A stretch of 64,000 nucleotides of DNA, taken from positions 186,001 through 250,000 of the forward strand of contig NIVC01000513.1 in assembly GCA_002269645.1 (NCBI GenBank). The letters are read 5' to 3'. The translations under genes were made by a program, and so were the position numbers. Under the pieces are notes generated by a model. It was not told where the DNA came from. It made no database searches and saw only the letters and a program-made list of their open reading frames with translations. Of the stretch, positions 24,950-37,699 are shown piece by piece. The stretch is from Macrostomum lignano. Its lineage: Eukaryota. The first letter of the stretch is position 1, and every line of letters begins with the position of its first letter.

Positions 24950-26334
24950 TGTGGCGGCCAGACTACGCGACCGGCAGCACCAGTGTAGCTGCACTGGAAA
25001 ACCCCCCACCTCTGTCTAGCTGAGGTGGGGTGGGTGCATGCCAAGCTAGCCGGCTTGCTAAGCCAGGGGGGGGGGGGTTGGCATAGCCAATCACGTCACG
25101 CCACCTTTTTGCACCTCCCTTGGCCCCTCAATCTTGCACTGTTTGTTATAATCATATAAATACACATGCAATGCAGTGCAGAATCTTCGCTGCCATTCCA
25201 TCTATTGAAACATAAAGGCCTTCCGCCTCATTGGTAAGCCCGACTCTTAGCGCAGAACGCTGGGCCTACCTGGTTGGCCCTGTGCAGTCCTGGTAGCCAA
25301 CCACCTTGGCCAACTGCAATGGCAGCACCGCAGCCTAGCAGCACTGCAGCCCAGCAGCATGAATCGGCCTAGTCAGCCCGCCCCCGAGTAGCTCCTGGGG
25401 TCTCGCCTTTTGGCCCCCGCGTTGGACCAACTAGCGCCACACGCTGCAGCTACTTCAAGGTTAGCACCACTGCTGCTAGCCTAGCGTCCCCAGCCTCTGT
25501 GCAGGAGCATCAATCCAGCTCATAGCAGCAACTGACTGTCAATTGCCTCGGGTGTGGTCCAGCTGCGTGCCCCTGCTGCTGCCTTTTTTGCCCACCTGGC
25601 GCCCCTGCTGCTGCTTTTGGCACCTGCCTGGTGCCCTGCTGTTGCCTTCGGCGCCTGCCTGGCACCCTGCTGCTGTTGGCACATGCTCGGCGACCTGCTG
25701 CCATTGGCGCCCACCTGGCGCCCTGCTGCCATTGGTGCCTGCTTGGCGCCCTGCTGCCATCGGTGCCCACTCGGCAGCCTGCTGCTATTGGCGCCCGCTT
25801 AGTGCCCTGCTGCCATCGGCGCCTGCTCGGCACCCTGCTGCCATTGGCGCCCACCTCGCGCCCCTGCCATTTTCAGCGCCCACCTTGCGCCCCTGCCACC
25901 TTTAGCACCCGCCTTGTGCCCCTGCGGTCTTTGGTGCCCATTCCTCAGCAGCTCCGCGGTCTTTGGCGCTTAGCTTTCGGTGCCCGCTCCTTGGCACTCT
26001 CGCGGCCTTGGCTACCACCCGACGTTCAGGGCCTAGCTCAGTGCTGGGGGGAGCTGTGTGGCGGCCAGACTACGCGACCAGCAGCACCAGTGCAGCCGCA
26101 CTGGAAACCCCCCCCCCGCCTCTGTCTAGCTGAGGTGGGGTGGGTGCACGCCAAGCTAGCCGGCTTGCTAAGCCGGGGGGGTTGGCGTAGCCAATCACAC
26201 CACGCCACCTTTTTGCACCTCCCTTGGCCCCTCAATCTCGCACTGTTTGTTATAATCATAAAAATACACGTGCAACACAGTGCAGAATCTTTGCTGCCAT
26301 TCCATCTATTGAAACAAAAAGGCCTTCCACCTCA
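24950..26334 (+). mobile_element. Non-autonomous LTR retroelement (TRIM-like), 1385 bp
   Basis: Direct repeats 24950-25230 and 26057-26334, both TG...CA. TGGTAAGCCCGAC (PBS-like) follows the 5' LTR; GGGGGGAG polypurine tract precedes the 3' LTR; flanks ATAT/GTAT. The internal 826 bp has no recognisable gag/pol and contains a GC-rich GGCGCC...CTGCTGCC repeat. Confidence 0.88.
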
Positions 26335-29300
26335 GTATAGTCTTTTTGTGAATATAATTCACTTCAATAACAAAGTAGATTTACAACTACTGACAATTTA
26401 TAGTAATTAACTTTTGAAACTATTAGTTCAGTCAAATCTGTCAAATCTGGCATACCCTGCCCCAGGTGCAAGGGGAGTGCTTCAAAAAGGTCCAGTCTTT
26501 TGGCCTGCGAGCCTATAAATACAAACCCCCTACAGACCCCTACAGACCCCACAGACCCCATAGTTTACCACTTCTATTCCTCTTTATTTAAAGAGCTATA
26601 CAAAGAAAATTAAATGGACAACTCCATTGACTTCCTACAAGATCTAATTGGCAATCTATCAGAAGATATGGAGCCACCGCTAGTGCCCAACATTGATAAA
26701 AAAGGCATCACTTCATTGCCTAACGCAACCGAAGGTACCCGGCATAAGCAACAAATGGCCAAGGACATCACTGCAGGCATCATCATCGCCTTGCTGCCAA
26801 ATGAAGTCAGATGACCCTGAGCAAAAATGAGCCACTCTTGGGGGACTAATTTGCAGAGATATACTAGAGTTTTGCCGTGACCCTCTAGTCTTGGTAATGC
26901 CCAATTAGACTAACTCATGTATCAGCTAGACTGCTCAGGCCATACATTAGATGCTACTAGAATTAGACATTAGACACTACTAGAGTAATACATTAGATGC
27001 TACGAGTACCAGACTAATATATTAGAGGCTATCTAGAAGTGTATTAAAGAGAAATCATTAACTGATTCTAAGAAATAATTAGAGATATAAATAGGACAAC
27101 TTTGATAGCAGCCTATAGAATATTTAAAAGACAGAGGAAGACACACCTATCACAGCTGGTAGTATCAGACCATCAATAGAGTTTATAATATAGAAAAACA
27201 AGAAGCCTGTTATAACTGGTGACTAATAGACTAATTGGTAAGATTGTTTTAAAGGATAGAAGTGACATATATCTGCTATAGGCCTTATTTCTTAAATAGT
27301 AGTTTTTCATTCATATTTTAATAACCAATTTGTCAAGCATCTATTTATTAAATAATGGACAAATAAAACAAAATATATTGTTTAACTAAAGACTAAAATT
27401 AGTTAAGGTTAAACTAAAAAGTAAAGTATATCACTAATTTGTTTTTAATTAAATATGCTGTAAGGCCTAGGCCTAGTAGTTGAAAATTAATTTTTTTCAT
27501 TGGTCTATTTATTCTTATGAACCTTATTGAATAATTAAGTACTAGGCCTAATATATAATTAGACCTATAATATAATAATCCCAAATCATAATAGGCCTGC
27601 CACCTACCTAGGACCTAGATCCAGTAGCCTAACTAGGGGGGGGGGTGGGTAGGGGCAGAGGGCAGTTGTTACCATCTTCCCATCCTCCCCCCATTTTTTT
27701 AGAGGTAGAGACTAGAAAGAAAATCAAAGCATTGTCGAGGCGGCCTTAGCCCTAGTCTAGAAAATGGGTAGTATACCAGATTAATCTAGCATAGGCCTAT
27801 ACTCGCAACTTTTGACATACAATTTTTTTTTAAATTTGGCATACTATTTGGTGTAAAAAATGGATAGTGAAAAAGTGGCATACATCATGATACATGTTCT
27901 TGCAATTGCAAAATCAAATAGTAAAATAAATTTAAATTTAAATGGAATTATAGAAAGTACTTATTTTGAAAGAATGAAAGAAATCTTGGCATGTATTGAC
28001 ATCCCGCCATAAAGAGTATCAGCAAACAAGCAAAAAAGTGAAATGAAAGAGCAAAATAGGTTATTCAATGCACCACAAAGGCACAATATAAGAAATAAGG
28101 CTTATAATGAGGCTTATTTTTTCTGTAAATCTGGGATTTTAATTTAGGGTTGGAAAAAATGTGGCATATACTGGCATACTAAAAAAATTGTGGGAGATTT
28201 TAGTCTGGCGTACATTCAGGGTGTTCCAAACTATGGAAAAGGGGGACCAAGTGAATTTTAATTTTTTGCCAAAATACAAAGCCTGGAGAGCTGCACCTCC
28301 TCTGCCCTCTTGGGTCCTTACCCTTCAGAATCCATCCCCCCCAACAATTTCTGGTTGCACTACTGGCTAGGTCCTAGCCTCAGCCCTCAGAAATATTAGA
28401 AATGAAAAATCAATGAAACAATTTGGCTTCTTAAAGACAAGTACAAATAGTCAAAACATTGTTTTTAACCAGTAGAAAAGATGTTGGTATTGACTAAAGT
28501 CGTAATAACTGTTGTAAATGAAATAATTCAAACTTTTTCATATCGGCTCTCGCCCCTCCCTGGGCCTTGCCCTTGGACTTGAGGACACGGGACAGAATTG
28601 GTCCATTGGACCATATTTATGCACATTGCACAAAGACAAAAATTCAACCTTTAATTTGGTCTAATCTATAATCCACATTACTAAAACTGCTCGTCATAGA
28701 AGTATTCTAGTTTTTTGCATTATCTTGAGCACTGAACAGCTTGAGCGAGCCAGCTTATGAACTGTAAACTAAAGAGTGTGAACTCGATCGGCTTAAATTT
28801 GAAAACTTTCTGTGAACTATTGTTCATTATAACAAAGCTAGTTTTTTTTATTTTAAGTAACTAAAAATTTTGTTTTTAGGCTAAAAGAGCTTATGCTTTA
28901 CTACAAAATTTGTTACAAAAAGTAGAAGACTAGAAGACATAATTTCTATTTCGAGGGTAAATAATATGCTTTTAACACGACAACCTGCTGAAAATTACTC
29001 GATTCCTTCTGGCCTGGCTTGATTTGACTCTCCTGATTCCTTTGTAGTTAGTTTGTTGCCAATGATAAATGGCTTTGCCCTCAATTCATTGGTTGTCTTC
29101 TATCGCAGAAGACTCTGTTGAACAGCTTAAAAGGTATTTTTAACTTCTGAACAAGAGTTCATTTGCTTTCGCTCATGAGTTTTACAAAAAAATATTATAT
29201 TTTGTATTTCTATAAATAATGATTAAACAATATAAATTTCTAATATAACAAGTAAAGTATTAATATAAAGGGCTAGCGAAAAATTGGGTCAATGGCGTTT

Positions 29301-29537
29301 TGTAAGAAATGCATTTCTTTCAGCCAACAACTGCTCCCTTGTAATGTAAGTCTCAATGCTCTAGGTTCTTTCTTTTCCTCGACACAATTCCTTTATCCAA
29401 CTCATAGAAGCCGCGATATCCATATTGATCTCATTTAAAAAATTTTGAATCAGCATGTATTCTTTTTAAGAACTCTGACAAGGGCTCAGATACAACAATA
29501 ATCAGGGTTCGTGCACTCATTAAACCCATTATTTCAG

Positions 29538-32500
29538 ACACAACACAGCTATAACGGAGACTAGGAATAATGATTTGTATTTGCACGGAGGGTTCAAGCT
29601 TTCGAAGGTGAGAATACATTTTTGAAGATAGAATTTTTGCTTAATGCATTCCTGCGGAAATTCCTAACTTTGATCTGATTTATGCAATTTTCCAGTCTGG
29701 AAAGAAAATCACATTCTACAACGACATCTGGAAAATCTCAGGTACATTGGACTAAATTGATTATTAAATTTCTGTGCAGTAATACTTTCAAAGATGGACA
29801 AATATCTTAAAAGAATTTATACATAACCTTCTTTATCAGCTGGCATCATAAAATTCATTTTTTCAGTTCAGGATAGTCAAAGATTAAAATGTGTGAAAAT
29901 TTCGTCAGGGCATGGAGACGTGCCTGAGGCCAGGGCCTATCACCACTTGCAGTAAGTGCCCCCTTTTGCACTATTTGTAGTAGTAAATTTGCTAACTTTA
30001 TCACAACTTTATCAACCAGATAAATACAAATCTGAACTTAAGAACTGTCATTGACAGAACGAAAAAATATATTTTTTTAATAATGTATTTTTTTAATTCC
30101 AGCCTATTCGAGAATTTATTAATCCTGTTTGGCGGCAAGAGCAATCTTAATGAGGCCTCCTGCATTCCCGGAACCTACCAGTTCGACGTTTGTAAGCGAT
30201 TCTAGTGTTGCATTTCAATGATATGAAATTGTATGCAGTATGACCCTCATAAGCGCTACACTTACCGTACAATGTCAAGGACTAATATAAGGCCATGCAG
30301 AGACGTAGCCTAGGCGCAAGGGGGTCACGGCCCCTCTCAATTGGCTGGCTAAAATTATGGCGCTCTTCTGACAGCTGATTTATCGCCCCATGCAGCAGTT
30401 GAGGCGCCTCTGCTCCCATTTTTTCAGTTTCCTAATGCGTGATTATTTTGTTTTTGGCGCAACTGATGCTGGCGCCTCTGGTGCTGGCGCCTCTGGTGCT
30501 GGCGCCTCTGGTGCTGGCGCCTCTGGTGCTGGCGCCTCTGGTGCTGGCGCCTCTGGTGCTGGCGCCTCTGGTGCTGGCGCCTCTGGTGCTGGCGCCTCTG
30601 GTGCTGGCGCCTCTGGTGCTGGCGCCTCTGGTGCTGGCGCCTCTGGTGCTGGCGCCTCTGGTGCTGGCGCCTCTGGTGCTGGCGCCTCTGATGCTGGCGC
30701 CTCTGATGCTGGCGCCTCTGGTGCTGGCGCCTCTGGTGCTGGCGCCTCTGGTGCTGGCGCCTCTGGTGCTGGCGCCTCTGGTGCTGGCGCCTCTGATGCT
30801 AAAGCCCGTTGCTAGCGCTCTTACCCCTTAAAGCCCATCGACGCCCCTAAGGTAGTAAAAGCCGAGTTGATATCCTTAAATTTTTCATTCCGATGTTGAA
30901 AAGCCCAAAAATCTGCAAATAAACTCTGCAGTGGTGCGCAAGTGGACCCACGTCAAGGCCAGCGGAGAGGAGCCCGAGCAGGTGTACAACACCAGCAACA
31001 TGATCGAATCGCAGCTTGTTGTATTCGGCGGCCATAGCAACGGCGTCCTTAGCAATACGACGTTTGTGTACGACATCATGGCGCAGCACTGGCACCGGGC
31101 AACGGTCAGCGGCGCGCCGCCGTCGCCCAGATGCGAACACGCGGCCGCTGCGGCGGGCCAGAGCCTGTACGTGTTCGGAGGCACCGGAGGTCAGGGCTGC
31201 TTTTACAACGACTTGCACCAGCTGGACACTGGTGAGTGGCCCCGGTACTCAAAGACAAGTAAAAGTGGATGAATAGTTTCATAGCCAGGGACTCACAGAG
31301 ATGATGCATGTATGTGTATTTGTCAACTGGTCTTGACGGTTGAGCTATGGACCTCGCACGTTCATAATTGCGGATTCCAGCTTCATTAGCATGGATTCCA
31401 GCTTCATTAGCATGGATTCCAGCTTCATTAGCATGGATTCCAGCTTCATTAGCATGGATTCTAGCTTCATTATCATGGATTCCAGCTTCATTAGCATGGA
31501 TTCCAGCTTCATTAGCATGGATTCCAGCTTCATTAGCATGGATTCCAGCTTCATTAGCATGGATTCCAGCTTCATTAGCATGGATTCCAGCTTCATTAGC
31601 ATGGATTCCAGCTTCATTAGCATGGATTCCAGCTTCATTAGCATGGATTCCAGCTTCATTAGCATTGATTCCAGCTTCATTAGCATGGATTCCAGCTTCA
31701 TTAGCATGGATTCCAGCTTCATTAGCATGGATTCCAGCTTCATTAGCATGGATTCCAGCTTCATTAGCATTGATTCCAGCTTCATTAGCATGGATTCCAG
31801 CTTCATTAGCATGGATTCCAGCTTCATTAGCATGGATTCCAGCTTCATTAGCATGGATTCCAGCTTCATTAGCATGGATTCTAGCTTCATTAGCATGGAT
31901 TCCAGCTTCATTAGCATGGATTCCAGCTTCATTAGCATGGATTCCAGCTTCATTAGCATGGATTCCAGCTTCATTAGCATTGATTCCAGCTGAACTAAAT
32001 ACCATATTTTCCAGTCAGTTGAATCTTCATAAAGCATCGAAAGCGCTGAAGTTCAAATGGCCTCTACTTACAGTAGCCAATTCAGAATAATTTCCCGATT
32101 TCTGCAGCCACCCTGCAGTGGTCGCGCGTCCCAGTCGAGGGTCACCTGCTGCCGATGCCGCGAGCCGGGCACAGCCTCACCGCGCACCAGTCCAAGGACC
32201 TGTTCCTATTCGGGGGTTACAACGACTGCGTGTTCCCGGATGGCGGCCCGGTCCAGGAGCCGCTGATGAAGTTCAGCCTCTACAAGCGGACTTGGAAGGT
32301 GCCGTCGGCTCTGCCAGCGTCTGGTGGGCAGCCGGAGAACCTGATCCACCACGGTGCCTGGATACACCGGCACATGTGCTACATCTTCGGGGGCGCGGGT
32401 CTGGAGGACAGCGCCAGCCTGATTCGCATCTTTCGCATCATCAACCCCAAGAAGCGCAAGGGTGAGACTGGGGATTATGATATGGAATTTAATCGAGAAC

Positions 32501-34239
32501 TAGAATTAGGTAGAAAAAGAGAATTAGGGACTTCATATTGCTCTATTTGGGGGTAAAATGTCAATTTATTCAGTCTGAGTTAATCTTGATTGATATCATC
32601 ACTGTCGCGTGCGTGCAAGAGGGACTCTCTGGTGCGGCACAGCAACCCATGAATCCAACACCTCAGTTCTAGAAAGGTAAAACCTGTCTTTTAACTCGTT
32701 TTGTGAGTCAAGTCTCGAACTGGGCGTAAGCTGGGATATTAAGAGAGCTACTCGAAAAGGCTCGAAAAGACGGATGGTTGATCGCAGAACTTGCATAGCT
32801 ACAGGGACTCTCGATCCATTAGTGTCGAGTGTTGTCCTTGAACTGATGAACTGTTCTGAAACAATTTGTTACTAAATTATGCGTTAATTTATCGCATTTA
32901 GAATACCTGGCCGCTCTCAACCAATGCGAGAATGAAGAGGATCTTGAATGGGATTCCGAGGTAGGAGCAATACGCAATTATCAATATTTTTATACGAAAT
33001 TTTCCCGGAGTAATTATGATTTATGATTAAGTGCGAACTGAATTCTACAGGCGCACGGCCAGCACTCCTTGTCACGGATGAGCAGCGCTCGTTCCAGCGC
33101 CCGGAGTCTCAACCCGAGGCCCTTCAGCGTGGTGAGTTTGATAAATTCTTTGATGTGCCGCTACTATCCTAGATTCTTTGATGTGCCGCTACTATCCTAG
33201 ATTCTTTGATGTGCCGCTACTATCCTAGATTCTTTGATGTGCCGCTACTATCCTAGATTCTTTGATGTGCCGCTACTATCTAAGATTCTTTGATGTGCCG
33301 CTACTATCCTAGATTCTTTGATGTGCCACTACTATCTAAGATTCTTTGATGTGCCGCTACTATCCTAGATTCTTTGATGTGCCACTACTATCTAAGATTC
33401 TTTGATGTGCCGCTACTATCCTAGATTCTTTGATGTGCCGCTACTACCTAAGATTCTTTGATGTGCCGCTACTATCTAAGATTCCTTGATGTGCTGCTAC
33501 TATCCTAGATTCTTTGATGTGCCGCTACTATCCTAGATTCTTTGATGTGCCGCTACTATCTAAGATTCTTTGATGTGCCACTACTATCTAAGATTCCTTG
33601 ATGTGCCGCTACTATCCTAGATTCTTTGATGTGCCACTACACTATCCTAGAAATTAAAATTTGATTTCAAGAATTCGATCTTATTCTTGACAAGTCCTTT
33701 TAAAAGTACACGTGCGTCTTGTCTTTAAAAATAGAGGTTATCTGCCTCGAACCAAAACATGTTTTAAGCGATATTATGTACTTTTTCTTAACTCTGTTTG
33801 AGATAAAAGGGCTACTCACTATCCTATCACCTGAGAGCATTGTCGCTGCATGAGTAAATATCTGTATCTCAGTCTGAGTTATTTTGACTCACTAATAGCC
33901 ATCCTAGAACCTCATGTCTGTGTTCTAAAATTGCAAAGCTTTCTGTCAACAAAAGTTCACCAGCCAAAGCTAGTATACCACTATTGTTCAAGCAAGAAAT
34001 TTAAAAGCCACGTCTTCTCGCAGTAGCTACTGCTTCTTGCTGACTTGTACACTATTCTTTGATTTGTTTTCAAGTTCCCATTTCATTTCCATAGGGAAAA
34101 AGTAGAAACAGCAAGATTCGCTCCCATCCCACAGAACTACCAAGGGGGTCGCGGCGAGAGGCAGCCGGTTCTGTCCAAGGAGGAGAATGACCGGGCTGTA
34201 GAGTTGCTGATGGAGCGAATGAAAAAGATGGACATTTGA
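29538..34239 (+). CDS. Kelch-repeat beta-propeller protein (RABEPK/KLHDC-like), at least 9 exons, 5' end not resolved
   Basis: Phase-consistent GT-AG exons 29538-29607, 29696-29741, 29867-29951, 30103-30191, 30932-31231, 32108-32461, 32902-32960, 33051-33131, 34075-34239. Repeats DLYLHGG, FYNDIWK, PEARAYH, LLILFGG, LVVFGG, PSPRCEHAA...LYVFGG...FYNDLH, PMPRAGHS...LFLFGG, YIFGG. Confidence 0.88.
30298..30849. mobile_element. Probable degenerate MITE related to the 10584-12269 element, with a central 15-bp array
   Basis: Left CAGAGACGTAG versus right CGACGCCCCTA (about 7/10 inverted match); lies in kelch intron 4. Confidence 0.55.
30468..30800. repeat. Minisatellite, 15-bp unit GCTGGCGCCTCTGGT (~22 copies)
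   Basis: Near-perfect array. Confidence 0.97.
31372..31990. repeat. Intronic minisatellite, 21-bp unit GGATTCCAGCTTCATTAGCAT
   Basis: Fills kelch intron 5. Confidence 0.97.
33146..33650. repeat. Intronic minisatellite, 28-bp unit TTCTTTGATGTGCCGCTACTATCCTAGA
   Basis: Starts ~15 nt after the donor of the last kelch intron. Confidence 0.97.
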
Positions 34240-35232
34240 GTATACCCGAGATTATCTGCAGCAGCTGAACTGTTTCAGGTTCAACATGATCAAAAAGTTT
34301 TACCCAAAGACAACTTTAATGTAGAAACTTTGCGACTAACTGAAGCCTCTAACCAAAAATGTTGTTTATGAATGAAGTTGCCTATAAATAAAAAGTATTT
34401 CTTATATAATATATTAAAAGTAACAGAAAAATGATTTAAAAAAAGATATTCTGGATCTTTGTCTCCTCGTTCAGTAGCTATTTTGACGCCATTTTGTTTG
34501 TTTGTTATAATTAACTTATTTAATTCCGCAGTTGCTGAAACGAAAGTGGCAGAAAAACAAATTTTAACCTAACCCTATATATCTTTGTTGCTCAAAATAT
34601 ATTCTTTAGAAGCTGAAGTAAACAAACAATGAACGTTAAAAAATTATATATTTAATTACTGCCTGTGTCAAACTGTACGTATCGGCTTGTTTAATCGTTA
34701 TTCTGAGAATATTTTTATAAATTGTAATTCTGCGTATTTATCACGAATCCCACATACGTAATTTAAATAATTTTTAACTCCTTGTTTTAATTTGGGATTA
34801 ACTTTTACTTCCCTCATTTTTTAAGAGTAATTGTCAAATATATAGCTCTGAATTCTCAATATGAGTCTACCTTTTATCGTGACTCGTGTATTGTGTGTTA
34901 ACTAAATCAAAATTATTTGAATAATATTAATAAATAATAAAATCTTAAAATGAAACTTTCATTAAAACAAAAAACTTGAAAATAGCCAATTTTGACGGCA
35001 CCTCGCAAAATCACAATTGATGTGCAGAAACAATCGATCTCACTACAGTAAGATCGCCGACTGGTAAAGTCCAATGATCAACTATTTATTAATTGTTTAC
35101 AATTGCGGGCTCATCACATTGCAAAAAGATATTACATCAGAACAATAACTGTTCATGCCGTGTACTTTATTAGTTCAACTTGGTGACATTGTGCGAGAGA
35201 CTTCTTAGAAACAAGCCAACTTTGAACTGGAT

Positions 35233-35659
35233 TCAGCCGAATCTGAAAGTAACCAGTTTTGTTATAAATTGGTGATTTAGTTTTTTCAAACGTCTCGAAT
35301 ATACTTGTAATTCGACGTCATAAAAACCTCACCGAATTCGAACCACGTCTTCTCCGGGCTCCTCAGCTGCCAGAGCGGCCGCGAGCTGCTTGGCGGCGGC
35401 GGCGGTGGCGGCTCCACCTTGTTGCCGATGCTCCGGCGAAGTTAGCAGCAGGCGGTACAGACTCCGCTCCAGCTTGTCAAGCGAAGCATGCCGCGGTCTG
35501 ATCAGGCGGATTCCAGATTGGTCTTCTTCCAGCTCGTCGACGCTTGAGCAATGCGATGGAGCCATCATCGACAGTGCCACCAGGCTCACCAGAAGTACCT
35601 GAAGACCCGGCAGGGGCGAAACAGCACACAGTGACCAACCTAACTAACTAACTGGCTAG

Positions 35660-35716
<57 letters not shown>

Positions 35717-35779
35717 AAACAAACAAACAAACAAACTAACTAAATAACTGACCTGCAGGCAGAAGATTCGTAGCGTCAT
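35233..35779 (-). CDS. RFamide-type neuropeptide precursor, 3 coding exons, 100 aa, ending ...GEDVVRIRFG-stop
   Basis: Exons 35779-35753 (MTLRIFCLQ), 35598-35333 and 35242-35233. Donors GTCAGT and GTGAGG; acceptors TTCAG. Hydrophobic signal peptide; the splice CG|A TTC GGC TGA gives RFG-stop; AATAAA lies ~70 nt past the stop. Confidence 0.8.
35638..35746. repeat. (TAAC)n/(AAAC)n microsatellite in neuropeptide intron 1
   Basis: Direct reading. Confidence 0.95.
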
Positions 35780-36119
35780 GTCGGCTTCAGTACTTTATCT
35801 GTAGGTTTCTCAAGTAGATTTCGATTTTTCTCGGTTCAGCGCGGCGGGCGAAGACCTGCTGCATCTCAGGTCGGCCTCCTAAATAGACGATTCAGCCTCC
35901 GAAAATTTGCAGTGGATCTGATGATGACAGCGGATTAAGGAAGGCACGGGACAGCGAATCAAAATGCGACACCAGCAACTCTACTGGGAGGCCCTCCAGC
36001 TGCTGGTCTCATGCAGGAAGGTCTCATGCAGCATTGTGGTCTCTTGATCGGTCCGCGGAAGTCACTCAGTCGCTCATTCACTTACTCAGTTACACAGTTC
36101 CTCAGCCGCAAAACCATCT

Positions 36120-37440
36120 TGTGACTCAATCATTCAGTGACTCAATCATTTAGTGACTCAATTATCTAGAGACTCAATCATTCAGTGAATCAATCATTCA
36201 GTGACTCAATCAATCAATGAATCAATCATTCAGTGACTCAATCATTCAGTGAATCAATCATTCAGTGACTCAATCATTCAGTGACTCAATCATTCAGTGA
36301 CTCAATCATTCAGTGAATCAATCATTCAGTGACTCAATCATTCAGTGAATCAATCATTCAGTGAATTAATCATTCAGTGACTCAATCATTCAGTGAATCA
36401 ATCATTCAGTGACTCAATCATTCAGTGACTCAATCATTCAGTGACTCAATCATTCAGTGAATCAATCATTCAGTGACTCAATCATTCAGTGAATCAATCA
36501 TTCAGTGAATCAATCATTCAGTGACTCAATCATTCAGTGAATCAATCATTCAGTGACTCAATCATTCAGTGACTCAATCATTCAGTGAATCAATCATTCA
36601 GTGACTCAATCATTCAGTGACTCAATCATTCAGTGAATCAATCATTCAGTGACTCAATCATTCAGTGACTCAATCATTCAGTGACTCAATCATTCAGTGA
36701 ATCAATCATTCAGTGACTCAATCATTCAGTGAATCAATCATTCAGTGAATCAATCATTCAGTAACTCAATCATTCAGTGAATCAATCATTCAGTGACTTA
36801 ATCATTAAGTGACTTAATCAATCAGTGACTTAATCATTCAGTGAATCAATCATTCAGTGAATTAATCATTCAGTGACTCAATAAATCAGTGAATCAATCA
36901 TTCAGTGACTCAATCATTCCAATCATTCAGTGACTCAATCATTCCAATCATTCAGTGACTCAATCATTCAGTGACTCAATCATTCAGTGAATCAATCATT
37001 CAGTGAATCAATCATTCAGTGACTTAATCATTCAGTGACTCAATCATGAAGTGACTCAATCATTCAGTGACTCAATCATGAAGTGACTCAATCATTCAGT
37101 GACTCAATCATGAAGTGACTCAATCATTCAGTGAATTAATCATTCAGTGACTCAATCATTCAGTGACTCAATCATGAAGTGACTCAATCATTCAGTGAAT
37201 TAATCATTCAGTGACTCAATCATTCAGTAACTCCATCATTCAGTAACTTAATCATTCAGTAACTTAATCATTCAGTGACTCAATCATTCAGTGAATCAAT
37301 CATTCAGTGACTCAATCAATCAGTGACTTGATCATTCAGTAACTCAACTATCCAGAGACTCAATAATTCAGTTACCTAATCATATAGTGATTCAATCTTT
37401 TAGTGACTCAATCATTCAGTTACTCCATCATCCAGTGACT
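36120..37440. repeat. Minisatellite, 16-bp unit TCAATCATTCAGTGA(C/A)
   Basis: Long tandem array. Confidence 0.97.
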
Positions 37441-37699
37441 CAACTAGACAAAGCACTTCCTCCTATCAATATGCTACAGAGGCAGCAACAGCAGGATGTG
37501 TTTACACCATTCTCAGGTCATTCCGTCCTATGATATAGCTCAGTCCATCGACTCGCTGTCCCAAAATCTGCTTTGGTTAGTCGAGACCAAAAATAATCGA
37601 GGCCTCAGCAGCATATCGGATTTCCTGACGGCGGATCACTTTGGAATATGAGAAATCACACAGGCCCACCTCAGCTCACTGGAATGAAAATTCCCAGTG

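Noticed and set aside
30390-30815. (GASGA)n elastin/silk-like protein
   Set aside because: 15-bp array inside kelch intron 4; no signal peptide or independent gene structure.
34091-34190. CATAG at 34094 as the acceptor of the last kelch exon
   Set aside because: It gives an early stop at 34188. The acceptor at 34074 has a branch site and pyrimidine tract and opens the longer in-phase frame to 34239.
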